Shown one piece after another: positions 38,701-53,286 of a stretch of DNA of 64,000 bases. The stretch's first letter is position 1. Every line of letters begins with the position of its first letter. The notes under the pieces were generated by a model. It was not told the origin of the DNA. It did no database searches and saw only the letters and a program-made list of their open reading frames with translations. The stretch comes from Yuukianura sp. NJ FZ-2021 (taxonomy: Eukaryota): the NCBI GenBank assembly GCA_046563655.1, contig CM102286.1, positions 9,920,001-9,984,000 of the forward strand, given 5' to 3'. The position numbers and the translations under genes are program-made.

Positions 38701-41700
38701 ATGATTCCAAACAAACGTCATCAAGGAACATTTCCAAATCCGGAAGTTCTCTCAACATTGGAATCCGTCCTTAAGTGGACGCTGGAACCCACTTAGACTT
38801 CCAGCTCTCATCAACCAATTTTCTCCAGAGACAATTTTTGAGCGGATCCATTTATTTTTAGATTTACGCCTCATGTGACAAATGACAGCGTTTTACCCTC
38901 GTTCCTACTCGGATCCAGTTCCAATTTGTAACCTTCTCATTATTGACATGCCCCTCCTGCACTGTTTCAAATTACTAAAGTCAACTTTTTAAGTTTTGTT
39001 TTTCTTGAACTTTTTCCCCTTCTTTGGAGTATCTAGAATATACCAAATAGCCAATCTTTGACTTTTGCCAGACGACAATTTCAAAACTCATTTCGGTTTT
39101 TAATGAACCCAAATACCGCTTTGCGTAGAGTAGAAATAAGTGCTGTTTTTTTTTTGAAAAATTAACAGGTATGGATGTTTGAGTGCCAATATTCTTCATA
39201 ACTTGGCCTGGAATTGGCTGTAAAAAACGTTGGTGGAAAAGCGGCGAGTTCCGTTCCAGCAAATTAGAAGTTCCTCTTAATTTAGCAGTTTGGAAGACAG
39301 ACGATAAATCAAAAATACATATTAGTTATCCTATGGCAAGACAAGCTTTGGTGGAGAACGTGGACCGACATAAGCTAAAATTCTATGCTGTAGTCAACCA
39401 TTTGCAACGACATAAGTTACACCATAAGGTGACATGCTCCAAACAACACAAACATGAAATTATAGAAACGTGATTTATCGGACTGAAATGCCAAAAAATG
39501 AAACCGTAAAATTAAAATATAACTTTAATAAACTTTTGATTTTGCTTGAATCGCGTAAATAAGGTGTTTAAAAAATCCAGTACAAATGGGCCCATTTTAA
39601 TGTAATAGTTTTTTTTAATATATTAAACACTTTGCTAAACGTTCATGTTCTAGCGCTGTTTTTAGAGAAATAAAATCCAAACTTTCAAACACCGGAAATT
39701 CGAATATTGTGTAGATCGCTTTCGGAGCATTTGATCTTTGCAAATAAACTGCTTTTCTGATCTTTTAAAAAAAGCACCAAAATTGTAAACTGTAAACAAA
39801 AACAGAATATGGTAATAATAAACTAGATTTCATCTTGCAGTGTTACTAGCAAAAGAGAGTTAAATGACATATTTTACTCCAATTTTATTTCTTCAATAAA
39901 GTTGGCTTTTAGTACAGTCTAGAAAACTTGGGGTCCAAAAACTTTTGGCGCGTTTCCCCAAAAAGTGAAAGCCCATACTACGTTCAATGCTATTTGACCA
40001 GAGAAGTTTTAACTTTAACAATTTTCCACCAGATCCAAAAAATCTTCAACTCAAAATTCAGTTTAAGTCTCCCGTGGCTTCAAGTTCAAAGTCAGCTCCG
40101 GAGCCTTTTGGCACATTCCTTCTTGACGGGGATCGACACTTGGGACTTAAATTCACTTCAGGTTCCATGAACTTTCCAACTGCAGAAGGCTAGGCGATTC
40201 ATCAATACAGCAGAAGAACAGGGAGTCATCACGCATGCATACGCATTACAGGAAAAATTGGCTTCCTTAAGATGCTGTTGCAGCATCTTCACAACGTCTT
40301 GGAAGCAGGAACAAGTTCCCGAAGCTTGAGGAACGGAAAAAGGAAAGTCCAGGGCGTGATGGAAAGTTGAAGGGACACCCTGAGAATAATATCCAGGAAA
40401 GAATAGGCCTTGTTTGATGATTGTCTGCAGACGAGATAGGGACGTCGGACGCATCACAAGTCCAGGCACGTTTAGCTCGTGCGGGCGGTGGCGTAATAAA
40501 GAACGTGCAGCTTTCGGATAACCCTTCTTCCGCCTTCTTCATCTTCTTTGGCCCACCGTGCACAAATACTTCTTTAAGGAAAAAACCTTTCCAAAAGCCC
40601 ATCTGAGCCTCTATCCCCCAAGATCCTTCATCTCCTTTCTTTTCTCTTTGAAAAATACGAGTAAAGACTCACAAAATTTTCAGCAAAAGTTTCGTTCCAT
40701 ACCGTTCTATCGATCACACATCACTCGCTTCAGTTACTCCTTTTCAACACATTTGGCCTAACATTTCTTAACATTAAGTCAATTAGAACTAATTCTCACT
40801 TTAGCGACTATAAAAAAAGGAGTTTCACTGCAAGTGAAAGCCGTTGTTGAGTCGTACTTTGTTTTTCTTATAATGTAGAAATTGTATTTGTTTTTTTTCA
40901 CAGTTGAGCCTAATCATAGATCTTCGATAACTAAGACCAATCAATTTGACAGGAGTGTCAATTTATAATGTGAGGATGAAACTAATGACGACACGGCATG
41001 ATACAATCAAGGAAGACGAAATGTTATTGGAAGGGGGAGAAAGTGTGTCCTAATCTCTTGAGTCCAGGCTCCAATAAAACCCGGGTATCTGGACACCATC
41101 CCAAGGATCTCCAGAAATAAAAATTAACAACAATACAAGTCAACTCGACATAAAAAAGAAGCTTTCATTTATTAAACTACTATGCATTCTATTTTATGTA
41201 TTGCAAGAAATAATATTTATACTAAGCTTTTTTTGATTCGATTTATTCAAAAAGCTTGGAAAAAAGTTTCACTGCTACAGAAACGATAACCTAATCCAAA
41301 ACATTTCTGTTTGGATAATTTGAAGGGTTTGAAGACGGTTTATAATTCACTGTCATGCTACTTATTTTGGGGTGGTTGAGGCATTTAAGTAAATTGAAAA
41401 AGCAATTGCTAAGCTTTTTTGTTCGCAGTTTGCATGTTTTAGCTTAGCAAAAGTTCAAACGCTGATGTAGTACGTGGAAAAACATTTTTTCGAAAAAAAA
41501 AATATTTCAGGTTTTTTTTGCTGTCTGATTTGCTGATTTAAAACTAGAAAAAATTATTTGCAAAGGTATTTTGGTATCAAGAAACGTAAGCGATCGCATT
41601 ACGAGGAAAATGAGCCAATTACAGGATTTAACACCACGAAAAAAAGTCATTTGAACTTGCATTATTTATACATTTGCAGGTAATAAAGTAGAACTTAGAG

Positions 41701-44700
41701 TCTACTTCAAATCTTGATAGATAATTTGCCCTTATTTATACTTTGCAAAATTTAACAATCCTGCGCGAATTGTCTTGTGAAATGGTCAAGGCATTTTTCG
41801 CCACCTATGTATACCCCTGTTACCATTCCGTTTTCAAAATCAAAATGCATGCATGATGTAATCACTGTAGTTTGTAACTTAGAATTTACATTTTCTAGAA
41901 ACGTTAAAGTAAATAACCTGAAGTGTAAATTCTATCTACTACTGTTTTGACTTCGACGTTATATTTAGGAGGAGACACTTTGCGGTGCTTATCTTGTTCA
42001 TGGTCAGCATCATCCTAAATAAGAAGTCAAAAAGTTTGTTGACTTCTGTTAATAGAAAGTTCCAGTGAATCTCTCACACTTCCAGGACACTGGGTCTCCC
42101 TTGGTAATTAGACTGATGACATTGGCCAAATGCCAGTCCATCCCTTCCTTCTGTTTCTTTCTTGTCATGATTGTTTCCCCGGTGCTGTTGTTCATCCTAA
42201 CCTATAAGCCACTGAAGCATTTGGATAACAACTTCACTCGAGCTGATTCCGGGAATCTTCCGCAGTCTCTCTTGAGTAATCAACGGACGAGTCGGAAAAA
42301 GAAGTTTCTCATCTAATTACGACTTTCTCCAAGGAAGGAAATGCCAACAGAGAAAACTTACCCAGAGTCACGAGACAACGGATTTCAAACTATTAAAACT
42401 CAATATATTACACAATATAGAAAATCATAAGATAAGACAAAAAGGCAAAAATACATAAACATATGAATTTTATTATTTATTGTTTAGATAAATAAGTTCT
42501 AGTAGTATGCGTTTTTAAATACTAGTAAAGGAAATATTTTTTAGTGGGTAATTTAAAAAAAAAATGCTGATGAGAAACTACAAAATTGAAAAATCGACGG
42601 TGTTGTACTGATGCGATAAATCTTTTGAAAAGATATCGTATTTAGAATTCTGAAAGTCAGAAGAGGGTTGTCAATTGAGAATTGAGGAAATTAATCTTGA
42701 ACCAGTCGAGATTTTCAGCGTTCTAACGATGATGAGGGAGGGTGTGGATTTGGCTAGAAATGGAAACTGTTTTGGTAAAACTACTTTTTCCTAACAATTT
42801 TTTTTGAAAGAAAGTTTTTCGAAAGCTTTTCCTAAAAGGGGATGCTGATGGGGGAAGGAAGCGGAAGGTTTTTAACCAGGTTTCAGTTGGGGATGAATAG
42901 AAAGCAAGATCTTAAGTGAATTAGCCATTGAAAAAGAAAAGTTGGGGTATCATAATGCAGTCAAATACGCTATTATGGAAATTGCATTTCGCATTTTGTG
43001 GTTAACCCCAACCAGTGCTAGATGCTTTCCCTTTTGCTTGAGGTGGAGGATGATGATGACATAGGGACTGATTGCCCATGAATAGCTCAAATCCCAGCAG
43101 CTCTTCATGATCTCATAATATCATATGCTTCATTATCCCGTTTGTAGTACTTGTGGTGGATGCTGTAATTTGATTCATGGTGTTAGCAATACGAAGTCAA
43201 ATCAGGAGCTAAAGTGTCATTAAGCGCGAACAACGAAACTCAAAAGTCACGTTCTGGGCCACTTCAGTTTGAAACTTGGTGAAACTTTTTGAAAAGTGTA
43301 GCTTTTCATCATTTGAAGTTCAAACTGAGTTTGTGATGCTTAAAATTTTTGCTCAGAACTCTGGTTTTTGCGCAGTTTTGTTGCTGGTATAGTTGCAGAA
43401 ATTTTTAATTCAAGGTTCACAAGTTTTGGGAAAATAAATCACAGTAATTGAACGCTTCCACGTGACTGTAGAAACGTGTTAATCAAACCCGTTGCTTTTG
43501 ATGTACCAAAATGGAGTTAAAAATTCAAAGCTTTCTCTTTCCCTTCAGTGTTAGGTTTAGGTTGTGATTCTTTGTGTGAAGTTGCAATGCCTGAGTCCCT
43601 GGTGTCGCATTTGGAGGGTGTGTCAAAGTGAAGTTGGAGGGAAGGCTACCTTGAGAGACTCTATCCATCTTCACCGGGTTGAAATGACTCTTGAAATTTC
43701 ATCATTAGAATACCCGGATTCGGAATCGGAGAATGCCCGCGTTGGGAAGGGGTTTGTGGAAATAGAGTTATACAGGCTCCCTTTTATTGTCTGAGGGACA
43801 CTCTGGGTTTTAGCTACTTCGGTACGTGATTCTTCCAAGTTCAAGATCAGGCAGCGTCCTTCACCATCTAGTAACAATAGGGAAGAAAGTGGGAGAGGGA
43901 ATACACATGTTACGTAGGGAGAGTGAAAGACATAATTTCTCTTCCCTGTCAAACTTAATATAAAAACTCAGAGACCTTTAAATTGCAAAAAGAAGTTGGA
44001 TGACAAGGATTTAGTGCCTGCGTTACTCAAAAGTGCTACCAGGAAGGGATTAGAAAGGGACTTATTTCATTTTTTTCTTTCTTCTGATTGTTTAAAAAAT
44101 GTTTCACTTCAACCTTCCCTGAGTAAATCTTAAGAAATACGATTGTGAATATTGAAAAGACTTACTACGGTTTAAAGATTAAGCACTAATCAAAGAATAT
44201 GTTTGCAAAAACCAATATACTTAATTCAAGAAGTTGTGTGCTTTTGAGAAATTGAAAATATCCTCGATCTTCAATTTAAAAAATTTTTCTCCACACATTG
44301 AAAATGAAGAAAAAAGAAATTGAAATTGTTTTTGAAAATACCAAACTGGACCAACAGGTCCTTCACCTCCAAACGAAATTATTAATTTTTCGCACAAAAG
44401 TTTTTGAAAAGATGTCTCACTTTTCTTAACATTGGAAACTATTCTTAATCATTTTAAAACAGAATACAGTTATACCAAAGTGCCTTTAATTTTTAGTTCC
44501 TTCATTGGTTTGGTGAAATTCAATATCAACTAATAAGATTCAAAAATTGCCTGAATCAGAATAGCATATGCCTGTACACTGAATTTTTCTGCAGGCTTCA
44601 TTTTGCCTCAATAAATGTGGCTTGATGGGCAAATACACTTTCTCCATAGGTAGAAAGTCCCCCTCTTGTTATGCTCCTCTATTAATTCACGCCAATTTAA

Positions 44701-46355
44701 TCATAGAGGAAGAAAGCAAAGAATTAGCCTTTGTCTTCAGACTTTTAGCTTAGATTAGAATTGGACTTTAGACAAAGTATGTAACATTATAACGCCACAC
44801 ATATAACATCTCAACTTACAGCTTAGCCTATCATTACCTAAACCAACCAATCAAAACGTTTAGCAATAATTCGCTTTTTCAGGGAATCTTTAGTAAATAT
44901 TAAAAATCAAACTAATCTCCAGAAAACGTCAAAAGTTTGAAATGCATTTTGCTCACTTTTATTATGCTGAGGTCTCATCGCAACATTCTCCTACTACTTT
45001 ATCTCGTGCTAATTGACGCTAAGTAAAGCCCAGGCGTTAGAAGTGAAAGCTCATTAATACCATGCACCTTCTGCTTGGAACTCAATCACGCAAACATTCT
45101 TCGGGGTTCCACGGACCCATTTCTCTTTCATGCATTTTGCAAAGTGAAACCTTGTTAAAATTCAGCACAACATGCAAACGCCTTATGTGGTCTCCGATTT
45201 ATTACTATTTTACAAATGGCAGTTACAGAATAAAGAAACCACCTAATTCTCATTTAGTTTTCTTAAGAACAACCACGCCAGCTTACATATTCTTCAGTTG
45301 AGCCTTTTCAGAGTTGCCTGACGTTCCTCATTATCCTACGCCACAGTTTCATGTCAACTTATTCTTTTTCCCGGTTTCGGAGTTTATCATTAGTCCGAAT
45401 CACCATGTCATTCCGTTAAATAATAATAAAAATGATAGTGCTTCTAATGGGAATGGAATTGAACAATGAACAGCCTCAGAAGGAATGAGGCCAGAAATCC
45501 CGAGATAAAGTGTTGAGAAATGACCTCTGAACACGCCATTTACAAAGTCCTTTGTCACAACCTGCCATAAAGGAATTCCTGCACACGGTTGTTCTGCATT
45601 GGAATTTTTTTGAAACAAAAACGCAAATGTCAAGTGCCAATAACGACAATACCACAATGCATCTTGCGCTGTGTAAGCACATAGTAGTGCATTTCGTTTT
45701 TGGCACCTTCGTATTAATTTCAGTCTACCAGAAAATTCTTAATGCACAACTTCAAAATGATATCCAAGGGTACGATCTGGGAAATGCACGAAGTGGTTCA
45801 TAAAATGGAGTCATTTTGACATTTTGGAATGACAAGGACTTATCTTAATATTTGTTTTGAATGTGATACTATAAAGAATTGATTTAAATTAATGTTGTGG
45901 AAGCGGACGAGACGCAAATGGAATATTAGGGTAAGGTGGAAACTTAATGTTTATTAGCTGCATCCATGCAACTTCCATCACACAATAATGTTCCCACCAA
46001 CTTCAAATTCCATTACACTTTTTCCAGAAATAGAAGCAGTATGAGAAAGTGTTTGCTTTCACTTTTTTTCTAATCACTAGACGCCTGGAAACACTGGAAC
46101 TAATAAGCTAAATTCCCAATGTGTTTTTATGCTTAAGGGGAGAATAGCTTAATTAAAGAAAGCATGTTGTTCCAGAGCTTTGGATAAATTGTAATAACAA
46201 TTCCAGAGTTTCATGGCATATGTCTCAATCTTATGATTATTCCCAAGCCTAACATTTAAGATCTCTGCAGTTTCAGAGGATGTTCCAACTTCTAGAATGG
46301 AAGCGGAGAAGAATAGAAGTGAACTGCAAAATGGCTTGTGATTCTGAGCACATAC

Positions 46356-46570
46356 CTGCTGGTGTTGCTTGTGCTGCAACTGCAACTGCTGCCCATCCAA
46401 ACATCCACGTCAAGGTTCCAGTGAAGGGCGTACGTGTTGAAAGGAGGCGGGAAGAAATTATTATTGTTAAACTTTTCACTTTGACTTTCTCTTTCTAGAG
46501 GCGGGAAAGGCGTCGGGACTCTGTCCAGGACGTTGTACGTGTTTTCCATGTGAATCATGTTAAAAAACAT
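46356..46570 (-). CDS. Candidate upstream first coding exon of the KIF26-like gene
   Basis: ATG-initiated open frame ending at a strong donor CAG|GTATGT in phase 2. This matches the phase-2 acceptor TTTTAG|A at 32715. No recognisable homology. Confidence 0.4.
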
Positions 46571-49500
46571 TAATAATCAGCTAAGGAAGGAAGGATCTCG
46601 TTAATTAAAAGAGAAAGTCTCAACTGAGCCAACTTTCAAAGGGTTAAATGAGCCTTGGACTCAAAAAGAAAATAAACTTGAAAGCCAGATTCTTTTTCTT
46701 CTTAAAAAGTCCTTCTCCTTGGGTGTTTCTTCAGTGGAAACTCTTAAAATTCCAAGAACGAAGTTGGAAACCGTACGGAAAGCCAAAACGAAACGCACAA
46801 AAATTCTTACAGGAAAAAAAGAAGAAATTACAAGAAAAAATGCAGAGAAAGCAAAACTGCAACTTCCATTTTTCTCTTTTTCTTTTTTAGATTTGAAACT
46901 TGAATCGCTGTGTGTTCGCACAACACATATATACAAAGCAAAGTTATGTAGAGTTGTTTGGAATTGGAACACAAAAAAAAATTCTTCCTTCCACATTTTT
47001 GCGAAATTTGACAGATAGTCATCTTATCTGCGAGAAAATAGGGCATTATATTTTTATAAACCTGAGTTACACATTTTTTAAATAAATTGCTGAGAAACAA
47101 AAGATGTAAATAAAATTTCAAATCTTATAGAATCGAACTTATAGTGGAATTTGGAAATGAGATTTTGTTAATACAAATGTCAGATAGGGTTTTGTCTAAA
47201 AAAAATCAATTGTGGACTCTGGTTCTGATTTAAAGTGTCGCTTGACTTTGATTTCATTGTTACGATTATGATTATTAGGAGCGTTACTCTTTTCTCCGGG
47301 AGTTTTCAAATGACTCATCGAGACTTTTCCAATTTTCAAACAAAAAAAAAACGTTAGAAAGCCGGTAATAAAAGGAAAGCATAAAAATCTAAAAGCGGAA
47401 AGCAGAACCAACGCACAGTGAAAGTCATTTAGTGCGGGAGCTTTATAATTCCATAAGGCCAAGAAGGAGATTTCTATTCTTTGCAGGAACTGCTGAAGCA
47501 AAGATCCACTTTCTAAGAAAAGTTATTGGGCGAAAACCTATAACTTTCTTTTGTTCCTGGAAAAAATTACTTTGTGCTGCTTGCTCTTTCCATCCTCCTG
47601 GCACTTCGTCAGACCTACCTAACAGTTGACTTATCAAGAACAATTACTCTATACAAAGACTTCATCAAATCATAATACTGCCGTCTACACTCCATGAACG
47701 CAACATCGTTACAGCGTTTAAAAAAATGAAAAAAATTAAATGTCAAAAGTTTTTTAGTCTTTTTTTTTCTCTTCATTACTCACAGACTAAAAAGCCAGAA
47801 TTTCTCAGAAACGTTTAGTTCAGTGTTTCTAGTTGCAAAAAAAAAATCAAATAAATATCGTTCAAGCGCAGTGTTATACATGCATAACATAGAGTTGGAT
47901 TTTGCATTTACTAATACAACGTTATTAAACAGAAGGGCAGAATGAGAGTGTATTGTGTCATATCCTTTAAGTTGTTTGGATCTGTTTTACATTCCTATTG
48001 CTACAAGGCACACTAAGCATAACGAACCGGAAATATTGGGCGTTTGAAGCAATTTCCTCGACTTTCACCAAAGACCTTTCCTTGGAATGCACTTTCCATC
48101 GTTGTAGCACAGCTCCTACCACTGTTGTGGGAAGTAGGATTTCTTTGCCGCAGTGGTCGTAGAAAACGAAGTCTTGTCATTCCAGGATACGATGACAATG
48201 GCATTGTCCTTGGCAGCACAGTAATCCTCGGGGCACGGGGAGTATTTCCTTCCAAAAACATTCTCCCATGCGACTCAATTTCATACTTTTTTTTTGGTAC
48301 AACCATATTCTCCCGAGTCTTTCGTTCTTTTTAAAAGGTCATTCCTTGTTTCATTCCACCCAGGCAGCCCTAAAATGGAGTCCAACTTTAGGTTTAACTC
48401 CACGCTCACGTTCAAACATCTCATCACTTTCTTCCTAAAGCCCTTATATTTTTTATTACTTTCACTTTCACCACCACAAAACTCTCCAGGGTCCCTTGGA
48501 AGCTTCACGTACTAGAGTTGGTTGTGTGTGGGGGGATGATGACCACAAGCAAATTGAATTGAATTGAATCAAATCAAAATAAATGACTCCAAAGTCCAAA
48601 CGCGAGAACAGGAGAACTGTAGAAGTCATTTTATTTGTGACACTTTGCACTAGAATTATCAGTCCTTGTCTTAGCGTCATTCGCTGAAACTGAAAACGGC
48701 AGCCGTAATTTCCGACTAACTGTAAGAATTCTTTCACTTGAGAGGAATCACTTGAATGCTGAACTGGAAGCTTCGATGTTTAAAAAACCATTAACAAAGA
48801 AAAACGATAATTTCTGTGTATACTTTGTACGCAGAAGTGTTGTACGGTCAGAACTGAACTCTGTTTTGAACAAGAAGTTGTTGAAAATGGGTGGTTTGTT
48901 CCAAGGGAGACTTCAAGCCACTTAAGACTCTGATCGTCTACTTCCTCAACCGGAATTGACAAAAGTATAAATAAAGTTTGAAATATCTTGAAAATGGTTT
49001 ACAACAATAAATACGGCGAAAGCGTCATCCCCATGTCAGTAGCCAGTGAATGCACAAGTTCATCATCATCCTCAATCCAGGATCTATATAGAATAATACA
49101 GGGGAAGAAATGGATACGATGCGACGATGTTCACCCAAAGATTATTCGGGAAAATATTTGGATTTCATGGCCCCAGAAACGGAAATCTAACCAATATGTT
49201 TTTATAGCTTATCTTGTACATTAGCTCAATACTGTTAGAAAATTTTTCTAAATAAATTTTCTAGCGGACGAGTCTTGCCCAAGGTTCAAATAACAACTCT
49301 TTCATTTATTTAATTTTCAAATCTTTACCAGCAAAACCTCCTAGAAGATTCTCTGAGTCACCCAACCGTCATCTAAAAATCTCTCTTTATCCTGACCTTG
49401 GATTTGGGTGGAAGAGGATCATTAAAGAAAATACATTACTACTTGACTTAAGCCTATAAACATAGCAAAACATCCAATTTCAAACAAACTTTGTTTTAGC

Positions 49501-50007
49501 TAGGTCACATTAACTGCGTCTTAGTCTGATTCAAGTGAATATAATAATCAAGATTGGCATTTAGAAATAGAAGTAAAGACAATGCAAAATTTGTATTAAG
49601 TTATTTTAAAATTATTAAATTATTTCTATAATTTCAACAGATATGTTTTGCTAGTTTTCCACGAAAACTTGTGGTTAAGGAGAGACAGCAGGTCAATAAA
49701 AATAATGTCAAATAACGTTTTCTAAACATGGCAACGACTGAGAATTGGGAAATCCCACATTACGTTATCATGCAAAACCCGGCCAGGTGGATTTTTGACG
49801 ATTGAAATTTTGCACAACTCATGCTAACTCGCGAATCACTGCGTAAAATTTCAAATTTGAGAACCATTCGAGGTTTTTCTAAATAGGTATGGCGAAGCGG
49901 GTGAGCAATTTCGTAGCCTCAATTCTCAGGTTGTCCCAACTTTTAGTGACGTAATACGAAATGGTAAATTGTAAACACAAAATTCGTGAACTCTGACCCA
50001 ATCTTAA

Positions 50008-50316
50008 GGTGCATCGCCTGTATGATTGGTTAGGCGCTCAAAAAACTACGACCACACTTTTCGCATTAGCATACGCTGCTCCATAATTGCAAAAGTTTGC
50101 GATCTGACGAATCTTCAACCGTTTCGCCGTTAAAAGCAAAAGAAGGCAGAAATCCGAGGATTCCTGAGATGTCTTCCAGAAAACCTAATGTTTTCTGGAC
50201 GAAGAGTCCTGTTTTCGTCAGATCGCAAAGTCTGGCGTTGTGAAGCAGCGTACGCTAATACGAAAAGTGTGGTCGTAGTTTTTTGAGCGCCTAACCAATC
50301 ATGTAGGCGATGCACC
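50008..50316. mobile_element. MITE with ~100-bp TIRs (Kolobok- or Harbinger-like ends)
   Basis: GGTGCATCGCC...AAAAAACTACGACCACACTTTTCG...TTTGCGATCTGACGAA is mirrored at the right end; flanks are TTAA / TGAA. Confidence 0.8.
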
Positions 50317-50388
50317 TGAAGTCTTATGGGAAATTGCGTATAAACGAATCTGTCCATCTTAAATCTTAATTTAATAAGTGAATGTTTT

Positions 50389-50442
50389 CGGCGGCCGAAC
50401 ATCATACAAAGGGTTAACCCTTTGTGTGATGTACGGCCGCCG
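50389..50442. repeat. 54-bp palindrome centred on GGG-TTAA-CCC
   Basis: CGGCGGCCGAACATCATACAAAGGG TTAA CCCTTTGTGTGATGTACGGCCGCCG; 2 mismatched pairs. Confidence 0.85.
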
Positions 50443-50716
50443 CCGACCGAAGGGTTTACACTAATTTTCAGGTATTTAGCGCTGTATCGACTGAAACGGA
50501 CGGACGTAGAACGCTAGCATACGTATCTCAATGCGGATGTAACCACTGTCCGATATAGATCAGTTGTCATAGCAATAGCAATGCCAATGACTCCGCGGAG
50601 CTTGTGAGCAGTCACTATGAGAGAATTCCAACGCATTTGTCTCAACTTTTTTTTTCATGGATTTATACAAGAAAACTGGTTTAAATTATTTAAATATGCA
50701 TTTGATATCGTAGTAG

Positions 50717-50878
50717 GTGATATGGTCAGAAATATTTGGTCAGAAGTGAAATGACCAGAAGTGAACAGGTCAGAATTCGAAAGATCTCAGGTTAGGTTTG
50801 GTTACATTCCTTCCTTTTCTGACCTTTTATTTTCCTGACCATTTCACTTTTGATCTTTTCAATTTCTGACCAAATCAC
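50717..50878. mobile_element. Degenerate hairpin MITE with a TTAGG-like loop
   Basis: GTGAT.TGGTCAGAA repeats on the left arm, TTCTGACCA.ATCAC on the right arm, and a central AGGTTAGGTTTGGTTA. Confidence 0.6.
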
Positions 50879-52362
50879 ATGAAACCTTTGATATTGAAAC
50901 AAAATACGTTTCGAGTCGAAGAAACCGAAAATCCTGAAAAAATTCCGAAAACCCGAGATTCGGATATTTCGGTTTCGGAGTAAGATTTCAAGAAACTGAG
51001 CTAGGGCCTTTTTACCACACGTATTGTGAAGCTAAATTTCGAATATCCAGAAGTTGTTTCAAGAGATGGCCGAGAAATAGATGAAAATGTGGATTTATAG
51101 GGTTAACTTTGAAAATTCGCCTCCCCTCCCGGTTTAGACGGCTCCACCCACATAAGGTGGCAAGTAAAAGATAATTACAAGTACTACCACTGATCCATTA
51201 GTCATTTTGTAGAATTCCTGCTGGAAGTTAGGGAAACTACCCCTCAAAATTATCTATTGACATTGTAAACTCGATGAGGGCTAACATAGTGCAAAACAGT
51301 AATACCTCACAACAAACTCATAATTAATGCTGAAAGAAACAATTTCCTGCTATTGTCGTAACACTATTATACTCAAAATTTTCAGAACACGCATTTTTGT
51401 GACAGTGTTGTTATAAGGGTGCTTATTGTTATAGCTATGTAGACCCCGTGGAAAGTACACAGCCCATAGCCTTCTGCCCAGGCAAAGTTTCAAAAACTAT
51501 TTGACTGACAAAGATATTTTATAAGACTATAGAATAGAGAGTAATTGCAACTCACTTTATGCAAAGTATAGAATATAGAATTTAGATATAGCATATGGAA
51601 GGCTCCATAATCTATATTTCGCGATTATGAGAAACATCGAAGAGTTCTGTATTTGAATTATGAACTCTATATATTGAATTAAATTATAGGCGAAAAGGAC
51701 TCTGCTCGGGGAAGTTGAGACGGAAAACAGCGCGAATCAACATTTCTGATGCCGCTTTTGCTTTTCAGTTAAACTTTGTTTTGATGTTGATGTGAACCTA
51801 CAGTTGGGTTAATCGACCAATTTACAAAAACAATTAAATGAAGTGCTACCAGTATACCTTGACGAAAGCAAATGGATAATAGTCAGCCTGGTTAGGTTAG
51901 GTTAGGCCTAGATTTTCTCAACTAGGTCTTCACTCATGTCTCCAATGAAGCATTATGCTAGACGAGGTTTCGTCACCGGTCTCAGCTCCAGTCGCAAACC
52001 GGTGTGTTCATGTCGAGTGGTCTGAATGACTGAATTAGGCATACTTTTCATTATACTGTTTTAATTTCAGAGAAAAATTCGCTTCAAGTGGTATGTTAAA
52101 CGCGACGTTCAACTTTTACACGCATTTGTTGAGTTCCGATCTTGGGACTACGGGGAATCGGTCTACGGACAAGTCCTTGAACGAGTTGTATTTCAAGTAA
52201 CTTCCACTCAATGCAAACTACATTTCTCAAAGAGATGTCAGTTGTGTAAAAGGAAGGACATGCAGTCGTTACGAAAGTAAGTAACGTATCAGTACCTATT
52301 TTATCAAAAAATTCCAATCGATTTGTTTTTGAAACACAAGAGCGGAACTGAGGCAAAATACA

Positions 52363-52805
52363 ATGAGGGACAGGCTACTTCAAGAGGTCACTGAACTTGA
52401 AGATCTTGTGTCGTCCCAGATTCTATCTGATACTGGCATCGACTTAGACTTGCTCATGTGTTTACCGAAACCGAGGTCAACGAAGCTCTCAATTCTCAGA
52501 CTACTCAAATTGAGCTCGATATTGGGTATTGGACCAACCACTTCATGTCGTGTTAAAGTCACGCCAAAGACTCCACAAACAAGTTGGTGACTTCATTAGA
52601 AAAAATGCTTTTGACAACTCTCTCGAAGGGAAGACTCTCAACTTCCAACAACTCTCAACTTCCTTCAAGAGATGTTGAAGGAAGGTCTAATCAGGTCGCC
52701 GTATGCTTCTCCAGTTGTGGTGGTACCAAAATAAGACAACAGCAAGAGACCCTGTGTGGATTATACGTTGCTCAATGAGCAAACGAAGACGAATGCTGCG
52801 GAGAG
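52363..52805 (+). mobile_element. Ty3/Gypsy pol remnant (start of reverse transcriptase)
   Basis: LQEMLKEGLIRSPYASPVVVVPK*DNSKRPCVDYTLLNEQT at ~52663-52790 matches the SP(W/Y)ASPVVLVxKKDGxxRxCVDYRxLN motif; internal stop. Confidence 0.8.
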
Positions 52806-53286
52806 TGCTCATTCCAATTTACACACCATTCCAGCCGGTTATTGGTTCACAGTGATTGACCTTGTGAAATGAGTGAAATGATTTTACCGAGTTTGTATAG
52901 AACAGGAAAGTAACCTTTACTTTTACTTTCCCCTTTACAAATCTGGTCATGACGTCATATAGAAAAGGAAACTAAAATTTTACTTTCCACTTTCCGCTCA
53001 AACCACCGATTTAGGGGAAAGTTAAAAGTTTACTTCCACTTGCCTTTTCGGTGATTTTAGTACCATAGTCCATTTCGGCACTAGATCCTATTGACTTTGT
53101 TTTGGCATTAACAAAGTGCTGAAACGAATTTCTTTATTTAGTTTTATGTTTTGCTCTAAAGTTTCCAGAATTCCAGTAGCCCTTTCATTCCCAGCATCCC
53201 ATTTAAAGTTAATCCGAACAAGTAAATTTATTAATTAAATCATATCCGCTTGAAAGTGATCGTTTGGAAGAGCTCAAGTACTAAGA

